Shown: positions 52,021 to 64,000 of the stretch, piece by piece
Numbering within the stretch: the stretch's first letter is position 1
Layout of the letters: each line of letters starts with the position of its first letter
Assembly (NCBI GenBank): GCA_028534125.1
Contig: CM052817.1
Location: forward strand, 100,070,001-100,134,000
DNA from: Lama glama
Lineage: Eukaryota
Direction of reading: 5' to 3'
DNA: 64,000 nt
Notes under the pieces: generated by a model
What the model saw: the letters and a program-made list of their open reading frames with translations, nothing else
Database searches by the model: none
Told to the model about the DNA's origin: nothing
Translations under genes and position numbers: made by a program

Positions 52021-55000
52021 ATCTCTGCCTTTTGCTGATTGCCTACTGCCCCCACTGCTCACGTTCCTCCTGCCCTAGCTGATGCCCTGCCCTCCGTGCC
52101 CCTCCCCAACCCACCCTCAGTGTCAGCCATGTGCCAGCCTTTAAATCCAGTTCCTCCCTTGTGCCCCGCGGTGTCAAGTCAGACAGAAAGGCTGTGCTTA
52201 GCGGCAGGGATTCTCGGCAACACGGAGAGGTTCACCTGGTTCCGGATCCTTCCATCTCTGGGAAAGCTGCACATCATACTGGTAGACTGCGGCATCTTTG
52301 GGTGCAAGGTGGGTGCGGGATACAGAGAACCCCAGGGTGGAAATGCTCCTGAACTCATCCTTCTCAGAGGCTGGGTGTTTTTTGTTTTTGTTTTTGTTTT
52401 TTGTTTATTTTTAAATCTCTGCTCCTTTCAATAGAAGATGAGGCTTCAGCATCTGGGATGACTTCAAGGTTAACTTCCATGTCTGTATAATATGCTATGT
52501 GCTTATTTCTCGCCGTCCATGGTTCCCTGGGGGTTAACAAAGCAGGTCGGAAAGGCCGCACATTAGGAGTGCACTAGATGGCTTGGCTTGCTCTTACTGC
52601 CCTTGACCCGGGTCACCCCACCTCGGGACTATTGGAGCGTGTCTGTAAGATGTTGCTTCTCCAAGTGAGGTCTGAGGCAGAGCTTGTTAGAAATACAGAC
52701 TCTCAGGCTCCACCCCAGAGCGGCTGAATCAGAATCTCATTTTAACAGGATCCCCACCCAGGTGGTTCAGCTTGAAGGACGGTGGTCCCCGGGGCCAGGT
52801 TCCAGTGTGTTCCAGCTAAGCTGTTACACTCAGGTGCGTGCTGTCACCGGGGCAGGAGGAGCCGGCCCATCGCCCATGGTGCCGTGGCAGGCAAGCCCTC
52901 GAGAATGTTCGCGGGCTAAGTGCATTTACAGGTTATCAGTGTGTCAGCACAACAACCTCTTTATGGGGATCGTTTAATTAATGTTAATTGCTCTTGGCCT
53001 GTCGTGTGACTTGGGCAGGATTTACGGAAAATCACCATAATCTAAAACCCTATAAAAGAGTCATTGCTTTTAGAGGCCTTGTAATTCATGCCTGGAGACA
53101 CCTTCTGATCCTTGATGAATCACCTGGATGTATAAATACTGCCTGTATTTGCATAATTCTCAGAGGCATCCAGACACTTCATTCTGAGGGGGGAAGTGTG
53201 CATCCAGGTGGAGACCAATACTCCTCATACTTACTGGGTGGCAGTTGGTGAGTTTGCTTTATCAAGAGAGATGTTGTATCTGGTTTTGCTACCCAATTCT
53301 GTGCATTCATGGATCACATAAATTTCATTGTTGTTGTTGTTGCCTCCAGCCCCATGAATGTCCAAAGTTGTTTCCACCTCGCTGTGATACCCACCCCTCC
53401 TCTCTTGGTGCCCTGCAGGTCCCGGAGAGAAAGGAGCTTGAAATAAAAGTTATGGAGACAGGGGATGGTCCATGGGGAGCCGAGGTACCGTTAGGAGATG
53501 CTTGTTGACTGCTTTCCCACGGCAGGCATCTCTGAGACCACCACTGACAAGTCAGAGGGAGAGAGCGTTGGACTGGAGACTCACCTGCCTGTGCCAGCCC
53601 CACACCTGAGATCACAACCATTTGGGTAAAGAACATGTTTGTTTTTCAACATTGACCTGTGGCCTCCTTGCCCCCTTTCTCACTGCCCTTCCTTGACTTC
53701 TTTCTTAATCTCTCTATTCCCTTTCATTTGAAAGGTATGTAGGTGTCTTTAGGACTAATTCATACTCTGCCTCAATCATCTTCAACCGTAATTTATTTCC
53801 TACACTTATTACCCTCCTGGGAGAAGTGGGGCCTCTGAAATGTTCACTCTGAGCTTGGAAACCCATTTTTCAGTTTCTGTTTCCTCACAGTGAATCTTGT
53901 CTTACTTCAACCTTGGAGACAATCTCTGGCGTGGTTCTGAGAATGTCTTTATCCTTGTGCATTCCCCAAACACAGAGTGGCATGGCCTTGCTCAAGACAA
54001 GACCAAATCCTACCCATCTTCCCTGAGTCAGGCTTATTTATTGTTAATTTTTTTTTTTACACTTGCTATTTCTTCCAAGCTCACTACAATCCTGTGACGT
54101 AAGTCGGGCAGGTATAATGCCGACATCACAGATCAAGGAACAAGGTCAGGGAGGCTTTTTCAGGAAGCAGAGCTCAGCTGGGATGAAGGCCCTGTTCCAG
54201 GCTGTCGTGGGGACCCAGGGCCACCTTGGCACAGTCCATCCAGGTCCTCTGCAGGCCCCTGCTTTCAGGCATCGTGGTCGCAGCAGCACTGTGCCCTCCG
54301 GCCACCCTCGTGAAGGCTCCTCTGCTGTGTGGTGGAGGCCCTCCATCTACGCAGGGGGGACCGAGGTCAGAAACCTCACTGAGCATAGGACACGCCCTCC
54401 TGAGCTTGGTTTGCCACCTGCCGTGAGCACGGGCCCCCCCATATGTCAGCACCTCGGCTCCCCATAAATCTACGGGAGTTCTTCTGTGACCCGCCTGTGG
54501 TGGGAAGGCTCTGCCCCTGTGGCAGGTCTCCGAGGCTGTGTAGGGCTCAGCCTGGGAGCCGTGACCCATTTTTCTACACTGAGCAGGCAAATGCCATCTG
54601 CTGGCTCTCTCGCCTAGATGATTCAAATTCTCCCAAACCCAGTTCCACTGTCACTTGTCATTTGTTCTGCATCCCAGCTTTGCCTCGTCTGCTAATCTGA
54701 AGATCTGAATTTCTGTCATTTCACTCCTTGCAATCTGCCGATGAATTGACAGAGATTCAATGATTCCCAGAAAAGAGAGAAGATGCCTCCTTCCCTCCCT
54801 TATTAGTGAGCCCAGGGCTGGGGGACACAAAGCTGGCCACGCCTAGATGATTCCTGGCCCAGGAGCAGACATGCCAAAAGGCTCATCCTCCAGTGAAACA
54901 AAACAAAATGGACAAGAAGCTTATAGTACTGAATATTAGCTCCCTTCCATACCACACTAGGACTAAGCTTCCGCGGAGTTTTGATAGTCTTGTTTGCTGA

Positions 55001-55059
55001 TAGATCCCCGGAACCAGAAGAGTGCCTGGCACTGTTGGGGCTCAGTATGTAGTGAATTG

Positions 55060-55576
55060 AGTTTCAGTCTGCATTATTGGCCCCGGTTCTCATCCTTCCC
55101 TTATTTGCATCTTTGCTGTGAGACTAGGCAGCTCGTCTAGGGGAGGAGATTATCTCCCTGCTGCTTTGCTTTGGGTGGGGCCGCGTGGCTTGCTTTGACT
55201 GATGGCAGGGGCTGGGGAAGTAAGGGACAGTGTATGAGTTTTCAGTCGAGGCCCGTAAGAGCTGCTGCACATTTCAGAACTCTCTTTTGAGTTCTCTTAC
55301 TGCCCTGAGAAAAGCAGGTACTGGCTAGGCCCCTGGTCTAAGGAAGGTGAGAGACAGCAGTCGAGGTCTAGACCTGCAGACTTGTAGTGCAGACTGGACT
55401 GTCCCAGCCTAACCTTGACTGTCTTAGCTCACCCCACCACACCACAATGGGTGAGTGGGTGCAGCCAAGTTCAACAGAGCTGCTGCAGTTGAGCCAGCCC
55501 ACTGTCAGATGAATAAACTATGATATTGCTATTTTAAGCCAAGGAAATTTGGGGTGATTTGTTACACAGCATTATT
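55060..55576 (+). mobile_element. MLT1 LTR
   Basis: Ends TTTTAAGCCA..AAATTTGGGGTGATTTGTTACACAGCA...ATAGC.AATTGATAC. Confidence 0.7.
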
Positions 55577-55760
55577 GTAAAAATAGCCAATTGATACCTC
55601 TGTCTGCTATCTGGTTTCTTTCAGAGCCTGGACGTCTAAGGTATTATTTAACCTCATGGTTGTTCTAAAACCAGGGGTTGGCAGATTGGTCCACAGAGGC
55701 TCAGATGGTGACTATTCCAGGCTTTGGGGGCCCACATATGGTCTCTGTTGCATGCTTGTC

Positions 55761-55808
55761 TTCCTTCCTTTCTTCCTTCCTTCCCTCCTTCCTTCCTTCT
55801 GTCCTTCC
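55761..55808. repeat. (TTCC)n imperfect simple repeat
   Basis: TTCCTTCCTTTCTTCCTTCCTTCCCTCCTTCCTTCCTTC, directly after a MER58A-like fragment (~55672-55752). Confidence 0.8.
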
Positions 55809-56149
55809 CAGGCACATTTTTTAAGAGGGCCTCTAGCTGATGAAAGGAGCTCTGTGAATCACTGAATCTGTCAGTTCATTTGTAGGTTGCAAATAGTAGA
55901 ATGACAGAAATTCAGATCTCCAGATTAGCAGATATTGCAAAGCTGGGACACAGAACAAAGTGATGGTGAAAATGAGTTTAAGAGAATTTGAATCATTTGC
56001 GCTGGAACTTTCATTTGTACCCTGGCTCTGGCCCCCTTTTAATTTGAAGGATACTAAGAACTGACTTCAGGATCCCTCTAGTCCTTTTCAGCATTTAAAA
56101 TTTAAAAAAAAATTAATTTATTATTTTAAAAAATAGGTTCATTTGAGTA

Positions 56150-56505
56150 CTAATCAGCCGTTAAAAAGAACAAAATTTTGCCATTTGCAGCAGCACAGAC
56201 TTGGAGGGCATTATGCTGTGCAAAACAAGTCAGACAGAGAAAGACAAATACTGTACAATATGAGTTATATGTGAAATCTAGAAAAGATAAACTAGTGAAT
56301 ATAACAAAAAAGCAGACTTACAGATATAGGGGACAAACTAGTGATTACCAGAGAGTGTGGGGAGGGGCACTACAGGGGTGGGGGAGTGGGAGGTAAGACA
56401 GCCTCAAGGATGTACTGTACAACACGGGCAATAGAACAAATATTTTTAATAACTGTAAATGGAGTGTAACCTTTAAAAATTGTACAAAAATTTTAAAAAA
56501 GTAAA
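56150..56505 (+). mobile_element. L1 3' fragment
   Basis: TTGCCATTTGCAGCA..GACTTGGAGGGCATTATGCT..AAGTCAGACAGAGAAAGACAAATAC. Confidence 0.85.
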
Positions 56506-56892
56506 AAACGTATTCAATTAAATGGTGCAAAAGCCAAAAGGTACAAGATGGTATATAGTGAAAATTAAGTCACCCACGCACTCTTGTCCCCTTTGTCCTC
56601 TAATTCCCCTCGGTGGAGGCAACTACTGTGACAAATTTCCAGTACATCCTTCATGGGATCTTCTTTACCCATAGAGGCATATATGAGTATATAGTTTTTC
56701 TTTTTAAACACAAATGAGAGCATGGTCTACATGCGTACATGGGAGAGCATCCAATATCAGAGCATCCCGTTTTTGAATGAAAGTGTAGCATAAATTGAAA
56801 GAGTTTGGACTTGAATTATGCAAGATGTGGCAAAACCTGAGCTTCAATAAAAGTGAAAACTTCTCAAGAATTTTGTCCTTAGTTTACCCTAA

Positions 56893-57208
56893 GCAGCAGT
56901 CAATAACTTTGGCCCACTGGCTAAATATGGCCCACCCTTGTTTTCATAATTCCTGTGAGCTAACAATGATGTTTACTTTTTGAAAAAAAATCAAAAGAAG
57001 AAGAATATTTCATGTCACATGAAAATGATATGAAATTCCAATCTCAGTGTTTATAAATAAAATTTTATTGGGACACAGCCACACTCAGCCATTAATGTAT
57101 TGTGTAGAGTTGCCTTTGTGTTACAATGGCAGAGCTGAGAGTCCAAGAACCATAAAGTTTAAAATATTTACTGTCTGAATATTTGCAGAAAAAGTTGGCT
57201 GACCCCTG
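56893..57208 (+). mobile_element. MER58B-like hAT-Charlie MITE
   Basis: GGCCCA..GGC.AAAT.TGGCCCAC...GTGAGCTAA.AATG...ATAAAATTTTATTGG.ACACAGCCAC...TTTGCAGAAAAAGTT.GCTGACCCCTG. Confidence 0.8.
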
Positions 57209-59059
57209 ACCTAATCACAAATATAGTTCAACTCTTTGATCATTTAAAATATGGTGATGGGTATATATGGTCAGCACATATTTTCCTTGTGAGAATTAAA
57301 GAATTCCCCAAGGTGTTTCGCTGGGAGAAACTCGAATCTTTTGACTGGGCTGAATCTACTGTAATTTTAAATCAAAAAGGAAACAGATTCATCTTATTTG
57401 AAATCCAAAAGCCAAGGTACAATAGTTATCAAAAATTATTTAAAATTTCAATTAAAACCAGACTTGTAATGGATTGGAGTGAATAACTTCCTAACCTTTC
57501 TTGTAAGCATGTTCTTAATGTAGAAATTAGCTGTACATTAGCAAATAAAATATGAAAGAGAGTTTGTCCAAAAGGGAACTGACTTCTGGTTCTTTTCATT
57601 CTCAGAGATGAATCAGACAGAACAGCAAATGGCCTTTTTCGTGTCTGGAGCTGAATAGAATTTTCCAGAGACAGTAAATCCTTATTCATGTGTTATTTAG
57701 GAAGGTATTATGGCTAACAGTGTTTTTGCTCTTAAGATTTAAAAATGAAAATATAGTATATATAAGAGTTCCCCCCTTTTTTTGCAAGAGTAATATTGGT
57801 ATTGTATATATTTATAGTTACTTGCATTATTCAAGAGTCTTAAGGTGATCTCTCAACTTAAGTAAGCATCAGAAGCTTTTAGAAAGCCAAAGGAAAAGCA
57901 AAAATCACTTCAATCATGAGGAAAGTTAATGTTTCAGATATTTCAGATCCTGTATTTATTCTGATGATGGAGAAAAGCGGTAAACTAAGAAGAAAAATTA
58001 GCCAACAGGTAACGCACAAGAAATATAGCTAGAAAAGAGATATCTCTGACCAGCCCCACTCATTTTTGACTAGTCTTTCAGAACTGGATATAGGAGTGGC
58101 AGGTGGAAATTGGGAACAGTAAGGATTATAGATAAGAAAGGAAAAAGAGTAGAGTATGCTCTGGAAAGCTATCCATCTGTGAACTTAAGAGCTGTCACGT
58201 ATGAATTGTTTCCTAGAGGCTGCAATACTCAATATTCGATGTGATGTGAAGTTATGGGGGAGCAGCCATGTCAGTGTACTTGTTCTGTAGGAAAAGAAAT
58301 TGAGGAACAGAGAGATTACTCTATCTAACTTAGTGCTCAAAGCTGAAACCATTATCAGACATTTCAAAATGGTTAACCAGTGATTCAGGTTTCTTCCTCA
58401 ATCATGAACTGATGGTCGCCTATGTTCAAAGCACTGATCCAGGCATAGTAGGGCCCAAAGATGTGTGAAACAAGGCCCTTGCCTGCGTGGAACCTATAAA
58501 TTAGCGAAGACACAATCCAAGGCACTAGGTCACACTTGGTAACATCATCTGAATGAGCCTAAGAAAGGCTTGTATCAGTTAGGCACAGGATAAGCTTCAG
58601 TAAATAAAAGAGGAGCATCTCCTACTGGGAGTCAAATGCAAAATGAAGAGTGGGGCATATAGGTCTGGTTCTAAGAGGTAGTGGGGTAAGCCCCTCTCTC
58701 CCCTGTTTTTATTAGAAAACTCACTTGGCTTGAATGAACCTCCCCTCAGGAAGGGTCGGGGGGCTATACTGATGGGCTCAGGAGGATATGGCAATTTTTA
58801 TAGATAGTTTCTCTTTTTAATCTTTGATCTAATTGGAATTTATTTTGGTGAATGGTAGATTTGTTTTTTCTGCCAAATAACAGATCATCTTAGCACCATT
58901 TATTGAAGAATGGAGTGTTTCCTTTTTCCTACTGATTTGTGAAAATATTCAGTCACCATTTACTGAAGGCTGTGTCAGGAGCTTTGATATATTTTGTAAG
59001 GACTTGTGCATCTTCTAGGTGACTCGGGGTCTGAAGTTCCTTCCTTGGTATGGTAAATT

Positions 59060-59542
59060 CTCGAGCTTTTGAGTCTTGCTGGGAAAGTGAGCTTGCCTTG
59101 ACTTCAAAACTTGAAAATGCCAAGAGCTTACTTTCCCACACTCCTCTGCACTTAGGTGAGATGTGAGCATATGTTGAGGCTCAACCAATCAATGGATCCA
59201 TTCAGGCTTCACAACTGGATTTATTGATCCCAAGAAAGTTGACTGAACAAAGGCCATTCTGATGTGTTATGTCAACAGTTCCTAATTTCCAGGAGCACAT
59301 AGGGCAGGGCTCACTGTGACAGCCAAGTGTTCAGTGGTGGGGCTGGGAGTCTCCACATGCTCCTTGGTGCCAGGAATTTCTGCCATCCCGGCTGCCACCC
59401 AGTCTTCCATGATCCTTCCTTCCCCCATGTCTGGCTCCCAACCTTTTGTAAGCAACATAATAGCCTTGAATAAATTCCTCTTCGGCCTGAATTAGACAGA
59501 GTGTGTCTTTGTTGCTTGGAACTGAAAATCTTGATTGATACA
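59060..59542 (+). mobile_element. Old LTR (MLT1/ERVL-like)
   Basis: 3' end AATAAATTCCTCTT..GCCTGA.TTAG.CAGAGT..TTGTTGCTTG.AAC..AAA..CTTGATTGATACA; 5' boundary uncertain. Confidence 0.55.
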
Positions 59543-59585
59543 TGCAGGATAGCATTTGATTCTCAAGTCCTCACACCACCCTCTG

Positions 59586-59727
59586 CTTTTTTTGGGGGGG
59601 GCAAGGGAGGTAATTAGGTTTACTTATTTTTATTTATTTATTTTTTTAAGAGGAGGTGCCGGGGATTGAACCCAGGACCACATGCATGCTATACATGTGC
59701 TCTACTACTTAAGCTATACCCTTCCCC
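59586..59727 (-). mobile_element. vic-1-like SINE
   Basis: Same family; probable TSD AA(G/A)TCCTCACACC on both flanks. Confidence 0.88.
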
Positions 59728-60160
59728 AAATCCTCACACCTTTTAAGATACATATCATCACCCCTATTAGATTTAGGTAATTTGTATTCAGTAAGAGTAT
59801 TAACTTGCTTAAGGGCACCCAGGTAGGAAGCAGTAGATCTGGAATTCAAATCCAGCTTACACCACAGATGTTCTCTCTCTCTTTATATTATATGTGGCAG
59901 AAACTGTATATTGTTTTCTGGGTCCATGCTCCATTGGTCTGGCCATTTATTCTTGTGCTGGTACCACACTGTTTTGTTGATTGCAGCTTTGTCATAAGTT
60001 TTAAAATCTAGTATAGCAAGTTCTCTTTTATTCTTTTAAATATTCTTCTTACCCCTTCCTGAATGTTTATTTTTCTAGATGAGAAATTTGGCAATATTGT
60101 AAAGTTGTTCCAAAATCCCAGAGGGGTAAATTAGCAGATGTAATTTCAGATGCTTCATCT

Positions 60161-60873
60161 CTTGTGGAGTAGTGGGAACCCTCGTACACAGTTGTGGGAA
60201 TGTAAATTGGTGCAGCCACTATGAAAAACAGTATGGCATTTCCTTCAAAAACTAAAAAGAGAGTTACTATATAATCCAGTAATTTCACTCCTGGGTATAT
60301 ATCTGGAAAAAAAAGAAAACTCTAATTTGAAAAGACACATGCACCCCAATGTTCACAGCAGCACTATTTACACTAGCCAAGACATGGAAGCAACCCAAGT
60401 GACCATCAACAGACAATTGGCTTAAGAAGATGTGGTATATAAATACAGTGGAATATTACTCAGCCATAAAAAGAATGAAATATTGCCATTTGCAGCAATA
60501 TGAATAGACTTAGAGAATATTATGCTAAGTGAGTGAAATAAGTCAGACAGAGAAAGACAAATAGTATAGAGTATATCACTTACATGTGGAATCTAAAAAA
60601 TAATACAAATAAATCTATATACAAAACAGAAACAGATTCACGGACATAGAAAACCACACTTGTGGTTACTAAAGTAGGACGAGGGACAAATTAAGAGTAT
60701 GGGATATGAACTACTATACACAAAATAGATAAGCAACAAGGATTTAATGTATAGTACAGGGAATTATACCCATATCTTGTAATAACCCACAGTGGAATAT
60801 AATCTGCAAAAAAAAAAAAACCCAGAATCACTATGCTGTACACCTGAAACTAACTATACTCAAACACAAAAAA
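60161..60873 (+). mobile_element. 5'-truncated L1 (ORF2 C-terminus and 3' UTR)
   Basis: GGGAATGTAAATTGGTGCAGCCACTATG...ATGCACCCCAATGTTCACAGCAGCACTATTTAC; 13-bp TSD AGATGCTTCATCT at 60148-60160 and 60874-60886. Confidence 0.9.
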
Positions 60874-61174
60874 AGATGCTTCATCTTTAATATTATTTTT
60901 ACATAACGAGGTTATGTGAGGTATTCGTAGCTCCCGTATGTGCATGTACACGCACACCCACGCTCACACCCACAAATATGTACTTATGTGAAAATTTTGG
61001 GTTCCTATATAAAGACTTTTTGTTTGTTAGCTTCAGCATATCTGAAAATTCTCCAGACACAGAAACTGTAGCAGGGTTGGCCTGAGACGCTCCTTCACAT
61101 TCAGGCTGCTGACAGACTGGAAGTTGTCCCTAATAGGAGAAGAGCAGTGAGGAGGAAAATAATTTGTCACAGGT

Positions 61175-61324
61175 TTTATTATTTTTTTTAATTTTTAAAA
61201 AATAATTGGCATTTTTGTTTGTTTTATTTTATTATTATTATTTTTAATGGAAGTACTGGGGATTGAACCCAGGACCTCCTGCATGGTAAGCATGCACTCT
61301 ACTGCTGAGCTATACCCTAACCCC
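61175..61324 (-). mobile_element. vic-1-like SINE (variant tail)
   Basis: Same tRNA head, but lacks the clear AAACCTAATTACCTCCCC block seen in the other copies. Confidence 0.85.
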
Positions 61325-63730
61325 TAGCTTTATTTATTTATTTTTTTATATTGCTTTGTTCCTGTGAAAAGCAGCATGGTTCACTTTGAGTCTCCCATTT
61401 TTTTTTCCCTCTAAGCATAATTTTGATGCTGTGGGAATTCTCACCAAGCAACTTTCTGCAGATAAGTCCTGGGAGAATATCTGATTTGTGTTTGCACGTA
61501 ATTTTCCTGGTATGGATCCTAGGTAATAGAAAGGCTAAATAATATCCACAATCCTCGAAAAGTTTCTTCAATTATGGAGCTGTTGAATCGCTGTTAAGAC
61601 CCGATGGAACTGATAGTCCCTGCCTGGTCCAATAAACCAAAAGGGTAATTTCCACCTCTTTAAGTGGATTTGGATTTGATACATATATATTTATCACAAG
61701 TTAATGAAAATCTGTGCTTCTGATCCAGGAGGATACCCGGCTCTCCCTTCTCTCTTGCCGAGAAACATTCAAGTAAAAACGTCCTTGTGAGAATTCCCCA
61801 TAGGAAACTCCATGCATCTGCTCAGATTAAAAAGGCATCAACTTACTTATTTCCTCTAATAGAGAGGGACTTCTCTGAACACCGAGTTCCCTCCTGGAAG
61901 GCCAGTGGCTTAGTTCTGAGATGCCAGAAGATTGGAGTGATGCTCTTAATAGTAGATTTGGGCATGTACAAATGCCGATAACCACATGTAAACTGTGCTG
62001 CAGGGCTCAGCTGCCTTTGTTGGAGGCACGGACTTGGTGATTCCAGGAAATTTCTGAGGCTCTGCACATTTCTTCCAGATTCAGAGTTACTCTTTGATAT
62101 CACAATTCGCATAGGTATTTCTAGCCTGTCTCAGTTGGCCTAGTGGATAACGTCAGGAATGGAGCTCGGCTTGTAGCAAGCTGGAGAGCTAACTTCTTCT
62201 TCAGAAATTAAATTAGGAGTAGCCATAGTCCCTCCTATCTCTGAAAGCTGGGCTGCATAATAAAGTGGAACTGAATGCTGTGCCCGGGAAATTTATGCCG
62301 CATTTGCAGCGACATTTCCAATAAAAAAAAATTGAATTGATGAGCAGAGAGTTAATCATGTTGTAACTGTATATAATCTCATGAACCAGTCTCCCCCGGA
62401 GTAATAATGAACAATGAGTAGGTCCTGGGCTACCCGGGCATGTTTTCTGGCTTGACTTTCCATCAGCAAGAACCAGGCAGCCAGGCACACGGCTTCCAAG
62501 GAGAGCCACTTAAGAAACTGGATTTGCCGGTAAAAATGCCTGCACTTTCAGTCTGTCCAGATTTGGAAGAGATTTAGCTGCTTTTCTAGCTAAAGTTGTG
62601 GTGACAATGATTGCAAATGAATTCCTCATCCGGGCACATTCTGAAAGGTCAGTTCTGGGCATCCATAAAAGAAAAAAAAAAACTCATAAGTTAACCGAAG
62701 GGACAAAATGGTAGTTATTCTAGTACTGTTATCTTTAAGTAGTAGCTGGTAAGCCCGGGCTATTAGGTATTAATGGTTTTTTCTCTATAGCAGTGAAAAA
62801 AAAACTTGCTTTAGTTCCAGAGAAAGCCAGTTTGACTGTTCATCCAAACAAATTAAAAATACATATTTGATCTCCTTTCAGCTTTCTGAAATTCCAATAC
62901 TGAGTACTTTGTAACCAGTATGCATGCGAGTCCTCTGGTGATTGTAAGTTCTGCTATTAATATGGATACGCAGCACCTTAAAAATCAGCTCACAGTGCAA
63001 TCTGCTATTGTGTTTTACGTGAATGACTCATGACTGCAAGTTTAAATGGTCACTACAGAGAAAGCTCATCAGAGATTTTTAATGATGTCCCTTTTCCAGG
63101 TCAAGTGTCAAAATAATTCTTCCAGTTAATTTTTCTAGAATCACCCCATTTTCTTCCTCCCTTAAGTGAAGAGTTAACCATTAGTCAAGGACTAATGCAA
63201 CAGTCTGAAGTTTTTACTGACAAAAACCTGCCTCACTCTGGTCTCAACTTTAAATTTAAATCCCAGATTTAAAATATTGACATTCAAGTGGCCAAGGATG
63301 TTGCTCACAAAAGTTAGAAGAAAGTCCAAGTGACTACAGGGTGTTTACTTCATAAGTAAATCACATTTGGTGGTGTCACGGTTTTAATGGGAGACAAGTA
63401 CTGGTGTAACATTATGGTTCTCCAAGCATGGTGAGTGTTCTCTGAGGTTTCTGTCTCTCAGGGGTGGAAAGAAGTCATTTCATATCAAACATGTGTTATA
63501 GTTATGAGAACTGTCCTGGGTTCTGAAAGTTAAGGAGTATCCAAATGTTGGCAGCTTACTAAGGCAATGCAAACTGGTCAGCCCCGGAAGAAGCGATTCA
63601 CAAAAGGAAATGGAATGTACTCATTCATCCTAGATGCTGAAGACCCCAGAACAGCCATTGGGAGCTCTATTAAAGCTTGTTATTTATGTTATCCCTCTGG
63701 GTCTTTAAAAAGCTATGGAACCCCTTAGAT

Positions 63731-63932
63731 CTGTGCTGTCCAATATAGTTGCCCTAGCAACATGTGGCTATTTAAATTTAAGCTAATTAAAAATTCTACA
63801 AAATTAAAAATTCAGCTCCTCGGTTGCCTTAGCCCCATTTCAAGCTCTCTATATCCACCTGTGGCTATCCTTTTGGACAGTGCAGATACTGAACTTTTTC
63901 ATCATTGCAGAAAGTTAGATTGGATGGTGCTG
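63731..63932 (-). mobile_element. MER3-like hAT-Charlie MITE
   Basis: CTGTGCTGTCCAATA...CATGTGGCTATTTAAATTTAA...TTGGACAGTGCAGATA..CATCATTGCAGAAAGTT.ATTGGA; internal inverted repeats. Confidence 0.82.
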
Positions 63933-64000
63933 CCTTAAATGCAAAAAGAAAAAAAAGAAATATATATGGAGAAGTTACAATCCAGTAGGCATCCTATTTG

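Overview
Mammalian nuclear DNA, very probably camelid, judging from seven copies of a tRNA-Ala(AGC)-derived SINE of the vic-1 type plus young L1 3' ends. The only protein-coding gene I can support is the 5' end of GATB (PET112, mitochondrial glutamyl-tRNA(Gln) amidotransferase subunit B) on the minus strand: coding exon 1 at 4875-4700 and exon 2 at 2509-2359, with intron 2 running off the left edge. A CpG-island promoter with two divergent ZNF143/Staf-type motifs lies at about 4.9-5.0 kb. The remaining ~59 kb has no recognisable coding gene. It contains SINEs, L1/L2/MIR fragments, MaLR/ERV solo LTRs (a dense nested cluster at 27.1-31.1 kb), hAT MITEs, a 500-N assembly gap inside an L1, and several apparently repeat-free, motif-rich blocks that look like enhancers. 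I found no convincing novel biological system. The best leads are plus-strand promoter and splice signals that could outline an unannotated spliced lncRNA: the divergent GATB promoter, a 15-nt microexon signature at 21303-21317, a TATA/GATA promoter-like block at ~24.0 kb and a 97-nt exon candidate at 26062-26158. Repeat family names come from recalled consensus sequences, not a database search, and boundaries of old repeats are approximate.
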